From Candidatus Marinacidobacterales bacterium (GTDB lineage: Bacteria > Acidobacteriota > Vicinamibacteria > Marinacidobacterales > SMYC01): a stretch of 64,000 nt of DNA. The stretch lies in assembly GCA_965224085.1 (NCBI GenBank), contig CBDCYI010000005.1, forward strand, positions 128,001-192,000, written 5' to 3'. The notes beneath the pieces were generated by a model. The model was not told where the DNA came from. It saw only the letters and a list, made by a program, of their open reading frames with translations, and did not search any database. Shown here in pieces: positions 9,558-20,254 of this stretch (its first letter is position 1; each line of letters starts with the position of its first letter). The position numbers and the translations under genes are program-made.

Positions 9558-10391
9558 TCAAGCCTCGAAATCCACGTCCGCGGCGAGCTCCGCGAAACGT
9601 TCCAAACAAAGGGCGATTCTTCTCTTGCTATCGGGGGAGAACTCGAGAAAAGAGAGCCCGACACCCTTTTTAGGTTCGGCCCCTTCCGAGCGCTGCCAGG
9701 CCACTTTGACCTTGGCTCTGCATTGCCCGAGTCCCCAGGGGAGCTCGAACCGCACTCGGCCCACGGCGCCCTCATCGGGCAACTCGTCCGTATGAAAGAA
9801 GGTACCGCCCCGGCTCAGATTAGTCAAATAGCCGAAAACGGTCAGATCGGAAAGGAATAGCTCGGCCGGGATGGTGAAGGGCCCGTAGCGCGGCTCAACG
9901 CGCGCTTCTTCCCCTGCTTTCTTGGGCTTGTTGTCGTACTCGACCGTTGTGACCGCGACTTCCTCGCTGTCCGGATCCATCGCTTTTTCGAGCACGAGCA
10001 GGAGGTCACCGGTATCGAGGGCACCGGCCGCGTAGAACGACTGGATGTCCAGGCCTTGAAGCTCGTCCACGGGCTCTTCGCGTTTGACGAAACGGTATTC
10101 GCCCTCGGGGATTTCGAGGAGCTCTTTCAGCGCTGTGAGGACTTGGATGCGACGAAACGTGAGACGGTGATCGGCATCGGCTTCCTTGGCGGCCTTCACG
10201 AGCAACGTCAGCGCGCCCGGTGAGTAGGCACAAACCACGTCGCCATTCTTGAAAATCACGAGGCCTTTGCTCGTAGCGCCTTTGATCGAGAGCAGCCCAC
10301 TCTGTTGGGAATAGGCCACGATTTGGACGATGTCCAAAAGTGGGGAGACTTCGAGACGTCCGCTTAGGGTATTCAGTGTTTTGTCGAGCAT
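9558..10391 (-). CDS. DUF4388 (PatA-N-like) + PilZ domain protein
   Basis: LSGRLEVSPLLDIVQ...SGLLSI N-terminus; PilZ RxxxR (RVEPR) and NxSxGG (NLSRGG). Confidence 0.85.
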   Translation of the reverse strand: MLDKTLNTLSGRLEVSPLLDIVQIVAYSQQSGLLSIKGATSKGLVIFKNGDVVCAYSPGALTLLVKAAKEADADHRLTFRRIQVLTALKELLEIPEGEYRFVKREEPVDELQGLDIQSFYAAGALDTGDLLLVLEKAMDPDSEEVAVTTVEYDNKPKKAGEEARVEPRYGPFTIPAELFLSDLTVFGYLTNLSRGGTFFHTDELPDEGAVGRVRFELPWGLGQCRAKVKVAWQRSEGAEPKKGVGLSFLEFSPDSKRRIALCLERFAELAADVDFEA

Positions 10392-10443
10392 TTGGGGCCG
10401 GGGTATCGATCTATGTTAGCGGATCCCGGGCGGGAGCGTAAGT

Positions 10444-12391
10444 TCAGAGAGGACGCGAAGTGGAGACGTATCGTTCGAGTGCGTCCAAGAGCTCGTGGGC
10501 CGGGAGCGGACGACTGAACAAGTAGCCTTGCACCTCGTCGCAGCGATGGTCGCCGAGAAAGGACATCTGGGCTTCGGTCTCGACGCCCTCGGCCACGACG
10601 TTCAGCTGCAGCCGGTGGGCCATGACGAGAAGAGCTTTTGTGATCGCGGCGTCTTTCACGTCGCTCGCGATCCCCTGCGTGAGGGACTTGTCGATCTTGA
10701 GCGTGTCGAGCGGAAAGTGTTTGAGATAGTGAAACGTCGTGTGGCCGGTTCCGAAATCGTCCACCGCGAGACGCACGCCCATCTTCTTGACTTCGCGAAG
10801 CACATCGAACGTCTTGCGATCGTGCTGCATGACCCCTCGCTCGGTGAGCTCGAGCTCGAGCTCCCCCGGGCGCATCTGCGTTTCTTCCAGTATGCCCGCG
10901 AGGTTCTCGAGGAAACCAGGCGCGCGAAATTCGCGCGGCGAGACATTGACGGAGACCCGCAGGGCGCCAACCCCCTGTTCGCGCCAGCTACGTAGCTGGT
11001 GGCAGGCCCTTCGGAGAACCCAGCGACCGATGGAAATGATGAGACCGGTCTCTTCGGCTAGAGGGATGAATGCGTCCGCGCTCAAACGGCCCTGCGTGGG
11101 GTGTTTCCAACGCGCGAGTGCTTCGACGCCGACGCATGCCCGTGTCTGCGCATTGACCAAAGGTTGGTAGAAGAGCTCGAGCTCGTCTTGCGTCATAGCG
11201 CGCCGCAGATGGTTTTCCATCTCGAACCGCTCCACCACGGCCGCGTGCAGCGGCTCGTCGAAAAACTGAAACGCGTTACGGCCAGAGTCCTTCGCGCAGT
11301 ACATCGCGATCTCGGCTTGGCGCAGCAAGTCTTCCGCCGTGGCGTCGGCGCTCCGGCTCATCGAGATGCCGATGCTCGCCCTGATGTAAACGGTCTTGCC
11401 TTCGACGCGGAACGGAAGGCGGAGTGCTTCGAGCAGTCGTCGGGCGGCGGACGCTGCGTGGTGCGCCTTATTCACATCGTTCAGAAGAAAGAGGAACTCG
11501 TCCCCACCCCGATGGGCGATCTTGCAGTCGCTTTCGTGAGCGACGACGTCCGCTTTTCGCAGGCAATGGACGAGCCGCTCGGCAACGTCTCTTAGCCCTA
11601 ATCGCAAATAAACGTCACCGTGTCTGAGGTCTTTGGCCCCGTGAATAGCACCTTTTCCAGGTTCTGCATACACCGTGCAGAATCACCTATAGTGGCGGCG
11701 AGCGGGTGCCCCAGCACGAGCTTCTCGCCTGCGCCCAGTGCGGCTGTTTCGCGTTTTCGTGCTTCGAAGATTTTGCGATTAGGGTTAGAAGTGTGTCTCC
11801 CGCGCTGTATCCAAGACTCTCGTTGGCCTCCCTGAAGCGATCGATATCCAGAAGGAGTACAGCGACGGCGCGCGATTGGCGCTGGCTTTGCTCGAGTGCG
11901 CGGCGCACCATATCGAGGAAAACGTGCCGAATCGGGAGTCCCGTCATCGCATCGCGATTCGCGAGAGTTTGGCTCTTGCGACTAAGCTCGCGGAAAGCGC
12001 CTGCGGCCACTACCAGGAACCGAAGGCGTTGCCGGAGCATCGTAGGGCTCGCATTGTCGGGCCAAACGTCGGTGGCCCCCGCCTCATAGGCAAGCTCGGC
12101 GTGCTCTGGCTCGGTCACGGCAACGAGGGCCATTTGCTCGCGACCCGCGGCCTGCAAGAAGCTGAGGTCCTCTTCCAGCGAGGCCTGGGTCAGACCCGCG
12201 ATCACGATATCGGGCGCGTTCTCCTCTAGGGTACGGAGAGCTTCCTCGGTTCCGCTTACATGGAGTACGTTGAAACCAGCCTGTTCGAGCGCGAGTAGTT
12301 CAGTGCCCAGGTCGTAAACGACGAGTGCTACGAGCTTTTCCTCGAGAAGCGTATCCGTTGCCGAACCACGTGACGTTTTCGATTGGATCAT
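10444..12391 (-). pseudogene. REC-GGDEF-EAL c-di-GMP enzyme interrupted by a MITE
   Basis: Removing 11596-11784 plus one TTAG copy restores ...YSAGDTLLRDVAERL... and a 584-aa ORF with GGDEF, EAL and DDFGTG motifs. Confidence 0.9.
11592..11788. mobile_element. 189-bp MITE (11596-11784) with 13-bp TIRs and TTAG target duplication
   Basis: TTAG-CCCTAATCGCAAA...TTTGCGATTAGGG-TTAG; excision restores the host reading frame. Confidence 0.92.
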
Positions 12392-15300
12392 TTGCTACCT
12401 GCTTTGACTTGTGAAAAAGATTGCACCAGAGTGGGCCGGCGGTGGCGCGAGTCGCGAAGTGCTATGACACCTTCGGCAACGAGCTCTTCGAGCTCGTGAT
12501 GGATGCGCTCGAGCAGTCTCGGCGACTCGAGCGTTTCAGCCGCGTGCAGGCCGACCCAGCCGTTTTTGCCGCTTTGTTTGGTGACGTAGAGCGCCCGAAC
12601 GGCGATTCCGACGATTTGCTCCCACGAGAACATCTTGGGCGCTTTCCGGTCGAACGGATAAAACGCGAAACCGATGGAGCAGCTCAAATGGACGTTTTGC
12701 TCGAGTCCGATGTCGAATCGCGTTGACTCTATGCTGTTGTGGACGCGCTCCGCGAGATTTTCGGCGCTGACAGGGTCGGCATTCTTGCCGACGAGGAGGA
12801 ACTCGTCGCCGCCCCAGCGAACGATGATGTCCGATTGGCGGCATACGTCGAGGAACATCTTGCGAACTTGAATCAAAACGCGATCGCCAGCGGCGTGACC
12901 ATAGGTGTCGTTCAGCTCTTTGAAGCCGTCGAGATCGAACATCAAGAACAGCAGGCTTTTTCCCTTGGCGGGATCTTCCTTCCCATCCTTCTCGAGCGTC
13001 AGGTGACGGTCAATCTCCGCGACGTCCGCGGGGATCTGCTGCAACAGATAGCGGCGATTCCAGAGCCCGTGAGAGAGTCTGTCAAGCTCGCTTCCTCGAG
13101 CTTCTCGTTGAACGCTTCGAGCTCCCGGTTGCGACCGGCGAGCTCTTCGGTCCGAGCGGCTACTTGGAGCTCGAGCTTGCGGTTATATTCCGCCTCGCGC
13201 TCGAGCTTCCGTGCCTGGACGCGCGTATAGGCATAGATGATGCCGATGACGCTTTGGCCATAGATTATGTAGGCCCACCACGTTCTCCAAGGTGGCGGAA
13301 TGACGTTTACCTGGATCGCGAGGCCTCCATCGTTCCATACCCCGTCGCTATTGGCGGCCTTGACCCGGAAAGTATATTCACGCGGCGCGAGATTCGTATA
13401 GGTGGCTCGGCGGAGATCCCCGGCCTCGATCCAGCCTTCGTCGAAGCCTTCGAGCTGATACATGTAGCGGTTTTTCTCGGGCTTGGTATAGTCGAGCGCG
13501 GCAAATTCGAAGGCGACGACGTAGTCCTTGTGGGTAAGCTCTATCTCCCGCACATCTGTGATTGGCTGGCCGAGATCCACGGATTCGTTGAACTTCAGAA
13601 AAGCTCTCAAAGCTACTGGCGGTGCCTGTTGGTTGTCTTGTATCTCGCTCGGCCGGAATCTGTTGAAGCCGTTGGGTCCTCCGAAGAACATCTCTCCATC
13701 TGCGGTTCGATAGGCGGCGCCATTCTGAAACTCGTCGCCCTGAAGACCGTCATCCTCGCTGTAGTTTTTGAAAGTCTCGCGCTCGGGATCGAATTTCGAG
13801 ATTCCGCGATTCGTACTGATCCAAAGGAGTCCCGCGTCGTCTTCGAGGATCCCGTTGATGACGCTGCTGGGAAGACCGTCCGTTGTCGTGTAACGTCGAA
13901 ACTCTCCCCGGTGCGCACGCCTTTGTGCGGCGTCCCAGCGATTGAGCCCTCCGTCTCGGGTGCCGATCCAGAGCCGCGATTTGCGATCCCGATAAAGGAC
14001 GCGGACGTTGTCGCTCGCTAGGCTCATCGCGTCTTTTGAGTCGTGCCGGAAATGCGAGAAGCTGGCATCGGTCGGGTCGAATCGATTGAGACCACCTCCG
14101 TCGGTCGCGATCCAAAGCGTGCCGTCTTCACCCTCGATGATGGCGCTGATGCGATTGTCGGAGAGGTTGGTGTTCGCTGTCGTGTAACGGATGAACGTGC
14201 CCTTTTTTCTTTGAAGCTTGTTCAAGCCGCCGCGATGGGTACCGATCCAGAGATCACCGCGACTGTCCTCGAAGATGCGCGTGACTCCATTCCAGGAGAG
14301 CGTGTTCTCGTCATTGGGATCGTGACGATAGTGCTCGAAGCTATCGGTCCCGGGGTCGTATCTCTTCAGGCCGTCCTGGAACGTACCGACCCAAAGCGAG
14401 CTTTCGCTGTCCACGAGCAATGACGTAATGCGGTCGTCGGCGTGTCCAGACGGATCTTCCGTCGCGGCGCGATGGTGCGTGAAAAGCTCCGTTCGGCGAT
14501 TGAAAAGGCTCAACCCGCCGTCGTAAGTGGCGACCCAGAGGCCGTCATCCCGATCCTCGGCGAACGAGAAAACGATGTTTCCACCGGGCTCATTCGCGCC
14601 GCCTGGGTCTTGCCTGTAAAGAGCGAAGCTTCCCGCTGTCAGACTCCAGGTGTCGAGGCCGCGATCGGTTCCGACCCAGAGCACCGAGCCGCGGTCTTCC
14701 ATGAGAGCGGTGACGCGGTTGTCGCTGAGACTTACTGGGTTGCTCGAATCGTGAAGGTAGCTTCGGCAGCGGCTTTCACGGCGCTGCCATTCGCAAAGAC
14801 CACCATCGGTCGCGATCCAGAGCGTTCCCCGCGAATCCTGTCGCATGGCAACGACGGAGTCGTCTGCGAGGCTTTCGGGCACGTCCGGATCGTGTCGAAA
14901 GCGCACGAACGTGCCGCTCGCGCGATCGAACCGATTGAGCCCGGATTCGTGGGTACCGACCCAGAGCACGCCCTCGTCATCTTCGTACAGGCTTTGCACG
15001 CGATCGCTGCTCAAACTCGTGGGGACTTCAGGCTCGTGACGGTAGTGATCGAATCGTCGGCCTTCGGAATCCGTGCCCTCGAGACCGCCGCCGTCGGTGC
15101 CGATCCATAGGTTGCCGTCACGACCTTCGAAGATCGCGCGGATGCGGTCGCTGCTGAGACTTTTCGGATTTGCTGGATTGTGAATGATGCGCTCGAAGCT
15201 TCCGTCCTCCTTCAGACGATTGAGCCCGCCTCCATTCGTTCCCACCCACAGTGTATTCGAGCTGTCCTCGTAAAGGACGCGCACGCTGTTGTGACTCAAG

Positions 15301-15755
15301 CTTTCCGGGTTGCTCGGGTCGTGTGTGAAATGCGAGAAGCCCTCCGTCCGGGGGTCGAAGCGATCGAGGCCGGAATCCGTGCCGACCCAAAGTGTGTGCT
15401 CGCGATCTTCGTAGATGGCGCGGACGGTACTGTTGGAAAGCGATGTCGGGTCGACGGGGTCGGGAACGAAGCTCGAGGTCTCGTAGCCGTCATAGCGATA
15501 CAGGCCGTCTCTTGTGCCAAACCACATGAGGCCGTGATGGTCCTGAACGATGGCGTGAATGGCTCCTTCCGACGTTTCCGGCAGAGAGACGTGGCGAAAG
15601 CGGATGTTGTGTGGCCCCACCGCGAAAAGCTCGGCAGGGAGTAGTGCGAAAACGATTAGCGAGGCGAAGAAGGCACGCTCGCAGGCCGTGAAGGCCACGA
15701 CGCTAGTCCCCCCTGTGTAACGTGTCGTTGTCTCACGCGCCTTCTTCGTCGCCAT
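12388..15755 (-). pseudogene. Beta-propeller/Y_Y_Y sensor diguanylate cyclase with a 1-bp frameshift
   Basis: Many LWxGTxxGGL propeller repeats, Y_Y_Y, PPPWRTWWAY TM; LTDSLTG continues as LWNRRYLLQQ...RWGGDEF after one missing base near 13066. Confidence 0.88.
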
Positions 15756-15888
15756 CGGCGAGCTTTGTTCAGTGGATGAGGAGATGATGGACGCGCCCGC
15801 GGAAACCGCGGACGCGTCCGTCCCCTCGCTGTCAACCCTTACACTCGTCATAGAAGCAATCTTCAAAGAGAAGAACACTCGTGGGTAT

Positions 15889-15904
15889 AGCAAGCCACAT
15901 GCCA
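15889..15904 (-). promoter_or_regulatory. Sigma54 (-24/-12) promoter for the DGC operon
   Basis: Minus strand TGGCATG-TGGC-TTGCT fits TGGCACG-N4-TTGCW; lies directly downstream of a bEBP gene. Confidence 0.75.
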
Positions 15905-15996
15905 GAGATCACATCTGGTAGGGCTACGGACAAAAAGGCCTAACTTCAATCGTTGGGTCAGTTGTCATGCGAGCGCTGCAAGAATAGCGTGAGGGA

Positions 15997-16066
15997 CGCC
16001 GGAAAGCTGGCGGGGGTTTTGTGAAAAACCGGCGGACGGACGCGCGGCCGCTGCAAAAGCGGCGGA
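15997..16066. promoter_or_regulatory. Putative bEBP upstream activating sites
   Basis: Three AAA-N2/3-GGCGG half-sites (GGCGG at 16009, 16031, 16061), two within imperfect palindromes, about 100-160 bp upstream of the sigma54 promoter. Confidence 0.45.
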
Positions 16067-16175
16067 TGAAACCAGGCGCTTTAGCAACTTCAAGCTTTGC
16101 CTGGCTGGCGTTAGCTCAAAAGCGTGGACCGGAACGTGGGTAACTGGAAGCCGGCCCCAACTCGGATCGAAGGAA

Positions 16176-19172
16176 CTAGACGGAGACGCACGCTTTCTGG
16201 TCGAGTGTGTTGTCGGGTCGCTCTTCCATCCAGCGGCGATAGGTTCGCACGGTCACTCCCATCAAAGCGGCTCCGAGGGCGGGATCGTCGGCCCGGGCGC
16301 TGACCGCGGACAAGACCAAGTCGCGCGCTGTCTGCAGCACATCCGTGAGCGCGATGTCCGGCGTCCGCAGAAGAGCGATGATATGAGGCGCTACCTCTTG
16401 CCAGGGGGACTTTCTCATCAAGAGCTTAGCCTTTGCTTTCGATGTCGCTTTCCGCAAGCGACGGCGAAACGTCGTCTCGGGAATGCCCAGCAGGGCACTG
16501 GCGCGCCCTGAGACCTCGCCGGTGGCGGCATAGGCCTGTAGGACGATGTCTTCCATGAGCCATGTGCCCAGCGGCACGGGCTGACCCGATGGATCGTTGA
16601 GTGCTGCTTGGATCTGGCGTGTCAGCGCAGAGCCGAGTGCGGCCCAGGATTCGACTGGCGTGAGCTCCGAGAGGTCTTCGTCGCTACCCGCCGCCGCCAC
16701 TTCCAGGGCCGCGGGTCCATGCAATGGCTGTGGCCGAATCGAAGGCGGATCACACTCCTGCGTCTGTTCCGGTGGCACGGCGTCGAGATCGAGCTTGCGG
16801 ATACCGATCTCGGGTCCTTCGGTGAGAATCACCGCTTGCATGATGCGGTTTTGGAGCTCGCGGACATTCCCGGGCCAATGTTGTTTTTGCATCAAAACCC
16901 GTGCGGCGGGGGCGAAGCGCAACGTACCCTTCTGATACTGGAGTGCGAAACGATTCAGAAAGTGCTCAGCGAGAAAGAGGATGTCATCAGGGCGCTCGCG
17001 CAGTGGAGGGACATTAATCCGAACGACGTTCAAGCGATGGTAGAGGTCTTCTCGGAATCGTCCCGCCGCCGCTTCGACGGAGAGCTCACGATTCGTGACC
17101 GCCACGAGTCGCGTGTCGACGCGTAGCACCCGAGTTCCTCCAACGCGTGTGATCTGACGCTCTTGGACGAAGCGCAGCAGCTTGCTTTGAACTTCTAGGG
17201 GAAGCTCACCGATCTCATCGAGCACGACCGTGCCGCCTTCGGCTTCCAAGAGCCGGCCGATCCGGCGCTCTTGGGCTCCCGTATAAGCACCCCGCTCGTG
17301 TCCGAACAACTCGCTCTCGATCAACGTCGTCGGGATGGCGCCACAGTCGACGACGACGAGCGGTTTTTTCTTGAAGGGGCTGAGCTCGTGTACCATCCGC
17401 GCGACGAGCTCTTTGCCGGTGCCGCTTTCTCCGATGACGAGTACCGTTGCCTTGGTTGGCGCGACCCGCCGCACCGTATCGACGATCGATTCCATTTGTG
17501 AAGATTTGTAGACGAGCTCGGCTCTTTGGAGCGACGTTCGAAGGTCGTCCACCTCGGCGCGCAGCCGCGACTGTTCTTTTTCGCTTTGCTCTCGCTGTTG
17601 TTCTCCCAAGCGCGCACGGTCGAGCGCCACGGCCAGCTGGGTCGCAAGCGCTCGGAGGAACACGAGATCCGAATGGCCTTCGAGCGCGAGCACTTCGGCG
17701 CGCCCGTCGAGGTACAGACATCCGATGCAAGTGTCGTTCAGAAGCAGCGGGACGGCAAAGCACAGGACTTTCTGGCCCGACGCGTCATGGGAAAAAGATG
17801 CATGGACCGCGTGCCGCCCGCGCCGCGCGTCCTCGATCAGTGCTTTCTCGCTCTCGCGCAGCTCGATCGGCTCACTCATGGGAACGCTGTTCGCTCCCTG
17901 CGGCGGCCGCGCCAAGCTCTCGAGCACGTCGAACTTTTCGTCTCTCCATTCGAGGATGCTGATGCGATCCACCTTCAACGTATAGAAGAGCCGCTCCACG
18001 ACTCGATCGGCGAGCTCTCTCACATTGCCGCTCCCCGCGACCGCGGTCATTGTTTCCGAGAGAAGCGTCATGTTTCGGTAGTCTTTGGCCATGTTGCCGG
18101 TATAGACACCGGTCATACGATCGAGACTCCCGAGATCTTTCTCTTCCAAGTCGGCGTCCCAGGCAACGATGTGATCCCCGCCGAAGCGCTTGGCGGCGTT
18201 CAAAGCTTTGTCGGCCCGTCGGATCAGCTCGAGCGAGCCTTCGACGTCTTGTTTCCTCGGATCGAATTCTGCGACGCCCAAACTGATCCCAAGGCGAACC
18301 GAGCCGTCCATATATTTAGTCTCGGAAAGTCGCGACCAGATCTTCTCCGCGACGACGCGCGCGGAGGAAATATCGGTATCCGGCAGGAACGATGCGAAGA
18401 TAGCGCCGCCATATTTAGCGATCCCATCCGACACGCGCTGCGTGTTCAAAAGCCTCTCGCCGATCTCGCGAAGGACGCGATCCCCAGCCTCGTGGCCGTT
18501 GTCCTCGTTGACGGCGGTGAAGTCGTCCGGGTTGACGAATAAGAGGCTGAGCGGCCGGCCGCTCCCGCGAGCGGTCTCGAAAGCGTGGCTCAAGCTCGCT
18601 TGGAACTCTGCGCGCCCTGCGAGCCCGGTGACCGGATCATCGAGGATCGATGAGATCTCGCGGCTATACCCGGCGAGGACCCCGCCCAGGTCCAGAAGGG
18701 ATACCAGCTCGCCATCCATGGCTTCGGAGTCGGCTTGGTCGCCGCCCAACGAGCGGAGCACGGCGGACTCTTGGGAGCCGCCGAACTTCTCGAGTCCGAA
18801 GCGAAGTCCAATCCAACAAACGACAGGACTGTCCGTCCTGCCGGACTCGTCCTCCGCCCGCCGCCGCAACGCGTCCGAAGTCTCTATGTCCGGCGGAATG
18901 CGTGAAGGCTCGCATGGGACGCCCATGAGCCAGCCGCCTTCGGTATCACTCTGAATCCTGAGAATCTCGTTCTGGGCCGTAGCTTTGCCCTGCCGCCAAA
19001 ACGTGGCGGCGGTTTCCAAGGACGACAGCTCGCCCACCGTCGGCTCACCGTCGTGGAGCAGAATGGGCGTGCGCTCGCCTTCGGGAGGGAGGTAGAGGCA
19101 GACCGAGGCGGCTCCGCTCACGCGGCGGATTAGCGTCGTATAGGCTCGAAGAAGTCCCGTCGATCGGTTCAC
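16176..19172 (-). CDS. Sigma54-dependent activator with degenerate GGDEF, GAF, AAA+ and HTH domains
   Basis: DPVTGL, RVSD I-site and GGAIF; GAF; GESGTGKE, ESELFGHERGAYTGA, LDEIGEL, WPGNVREL. Confidence 0.9.
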   Translation of the reverse strand: MNRSTGLLRAYTTLIRRVSGAASVCLYLPPEGERTPILLHDGEPTVGELSSLETAATFWRQGKATAQNEILRIQSDTEGGWLMGVPCEPSRIPPDIETSDALRRRAEDESGRTDSPVVCWIGLRFGLEKFGGSQESAVLRSLGGDQADSEAMDGELVSLLDLGGVLAGYSREISSILDDPVTGLAGRAEFQASLSHAFETARGSGRPLSLLFVNPDDFTAVNEDNGHEAGDRVLREIGERLLNTQRVSDGIAKYGGAIFASFLPDTDISSARVVAEKIWSRLSETKYMDGSVRLGISLGVAEFDPRKQDVEGSLELIRRADKALNAAKRFGGDHIVAWDADLEEKDLGSLDRMTGVYTGNMAKDYRNMTLLSETMTAVAGSGNVRELADRVVERLFYTLKVDRISILEWRDEKFDVLESLARPPQGANSVPMSEPIELRESEKALIEDARRGRHAVHASFSHDASGQKVLCFAVPLLLNDTCIGCLYLDGRAEVLALEGHSDLVFLRALATQLAVALDRARLGEQQREQSEKEQSRLRAEVDDLRTSLQRAELVYKSSQMESIVDTVRRVAPTKATVLVIGESGTGKELVARMVHELSPFKKKPLVVVDCGAIPTTLIESELFGHERGAYTGAQERRIGRLLEAEGGTVVLDEIGELPLEVQSKLLRFVQERQITRVGGTRVLRVDTRLVAVTNRELSVEAAAGRFREDLYHRLNVVRINVPPLRERPDDILFLAEHFLNRFALQYQKGTLRFAPAARVLMQKQHWPGNVRELQNRIMQAVILTEGPEIGIRKLDLDAVPPEQTQECDPPSIRPQPLHGPAALEVAAAGSDEDLSELTPVESWAALGSALTRQIQAALNDPSGQPVPLGTWLMEDIVLQAYAATGEVSGRASALLGIPETTFRRRLRKATSKAKAKLLMRKSPWQEVAPHIIALLRTPDIALTDVLQTARDLVLSAVSARADDPALGAALMGVTVRTYRRWMEERPDNTLDQKACVSV

Positions 19173-19187
19173 GACCTATGGAGTGAC

Positions 19188-19203
19188 TGCAAATTGTGTG
19201 CCC
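19188..19203 (-). promoter_or_regulatory. Possible sigma54 promoter of the activator gene
   Basis: Minus strand GGGCAC-ACAAT-TTGCA, overlapped by a GCCGCAAATGGCGG element like the sites at 15997-16066. Confidence 0.5.
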
Positions 19204-19297
19204 GCCATTTGCGGCACTAACTGCAATAGCGACCGCGGCAGCCGCCGATGAGCGAAGTGGATTGGCTACAGGAAGAGGATGGAGTGTGGGGGGAACC

Positions 19298-20137
19298 CTA
19301 CGAGATTTGCTCGGCGTTCGCGATGTCTTTGTGATGAGCCCAAATGCCATGGGCGAGCGCGACCACGCCCACGACTGCGATACACGCGGCAGCGACCGAT
19401 CCATGACGAATCACCGGTTGACGCCACAGACGGGCCCAACGTGCCTCCACAACGCTCGCTGGAGCGACTCTCACCGGACTCACGCGTTGTCGAGCTTCGA
19501 CGGGCGCCGCGGCGAAGACGGGCTCCTCGGTCGGCGGCATGCGCCCTGCGAGTCGGTCTCCGAGATAAGGCGGGTTGAAGTTGAACGCGAATTCCGGGAT
19601 CTCGTGATGGATGCGATGATGCTCGATCTGGCGAAGACGGAGCGCTCCCAGCAACGGAAGCCGTGCGATCGCGCGATCGACCGTGTTGTACTCGATATGC
19701 GTCAGCCAGTGCGATATCTCGAACGCCAAGTAGTGAAGGACCGATCCCAGAAGGAAGGCCAGACATGCCGCAGGCGCCAAGATCCAAACGAGCACAGCGT
19801 AGTGAAGAAGGAACAGGAGCGGGAACGCCCAGTAGCGCCCGGGGATGTGCTCGAGCAGCTCCGCTTCTTTTGCCTGAAAGCTCTTGCCGTGGAACATGCG
19901 ATGGTGTTGGATGTGACCGAGGCGAATGAGCTCGAGCAGCTTCACGCGGCGGTGCATCGGAACCCGATGGCACCAATATTCCACGAACTGAGTGTACAGG
20001 GCACCTAAAAGGACCCATCCCATGAGTCCGAGTGATAGGGTGGCCGCGCCCAAAGCGTCGAGATGGAGTAAGGTAACGGCGAGGAACGAGCCGATCGCTG
20101 CGAGAGCGACCTTAATGATGGGCCATTGATGTTGCAT
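19298..20137 (-). CDS. Fatty acid hydroxylase / sterol desaturase family membrane protein
   Basis: His boxes EYWCHRVPMH, HIQHH, HWLTH, HHRIHH plus TM helices. Confidence 0.8.
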   Translation of the reverse strand: MQHQWPIIKVALAAIGSFLAVTLLHLDALGAATLSLGLMGWVLLGALYTQFVEYWCHRVPMHRRVKLLELIRLGHIQHHRMFHGKSFQAKEAELLEHIPGRYWAFPLLFLLHYAVLVWILAPAACLAFLLGSVLHYLAFEISHWLTHIEYNTVDRAIARLPLLGALRLRQIEHHRIHHEIPEFAFNFNPPYLGDRLAGRMPPTEEPVFAAAPVEARQRVSPVRVAPASVVEARWARLWRQPVIRHGSVAAACIAVVGVVALAHGIWAHHKDIANAEQIS

Positions 20138-20254
20138 GGCCGCCTCCCCCCGTTAGAGAACGGTAATATCCTATACTTATATTATCCGCGATCTGGACGG
20201 AAAAAGCAAGATGGCGAGCGGCTCACGCGACTTGGGGCCCGATCTGTCGGACGG

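Noticed and set aside
13300-15600. Repeated DNA motifs in the sensor gene
   Set aside because: Explained by beta-propeller blade repeats in the protein
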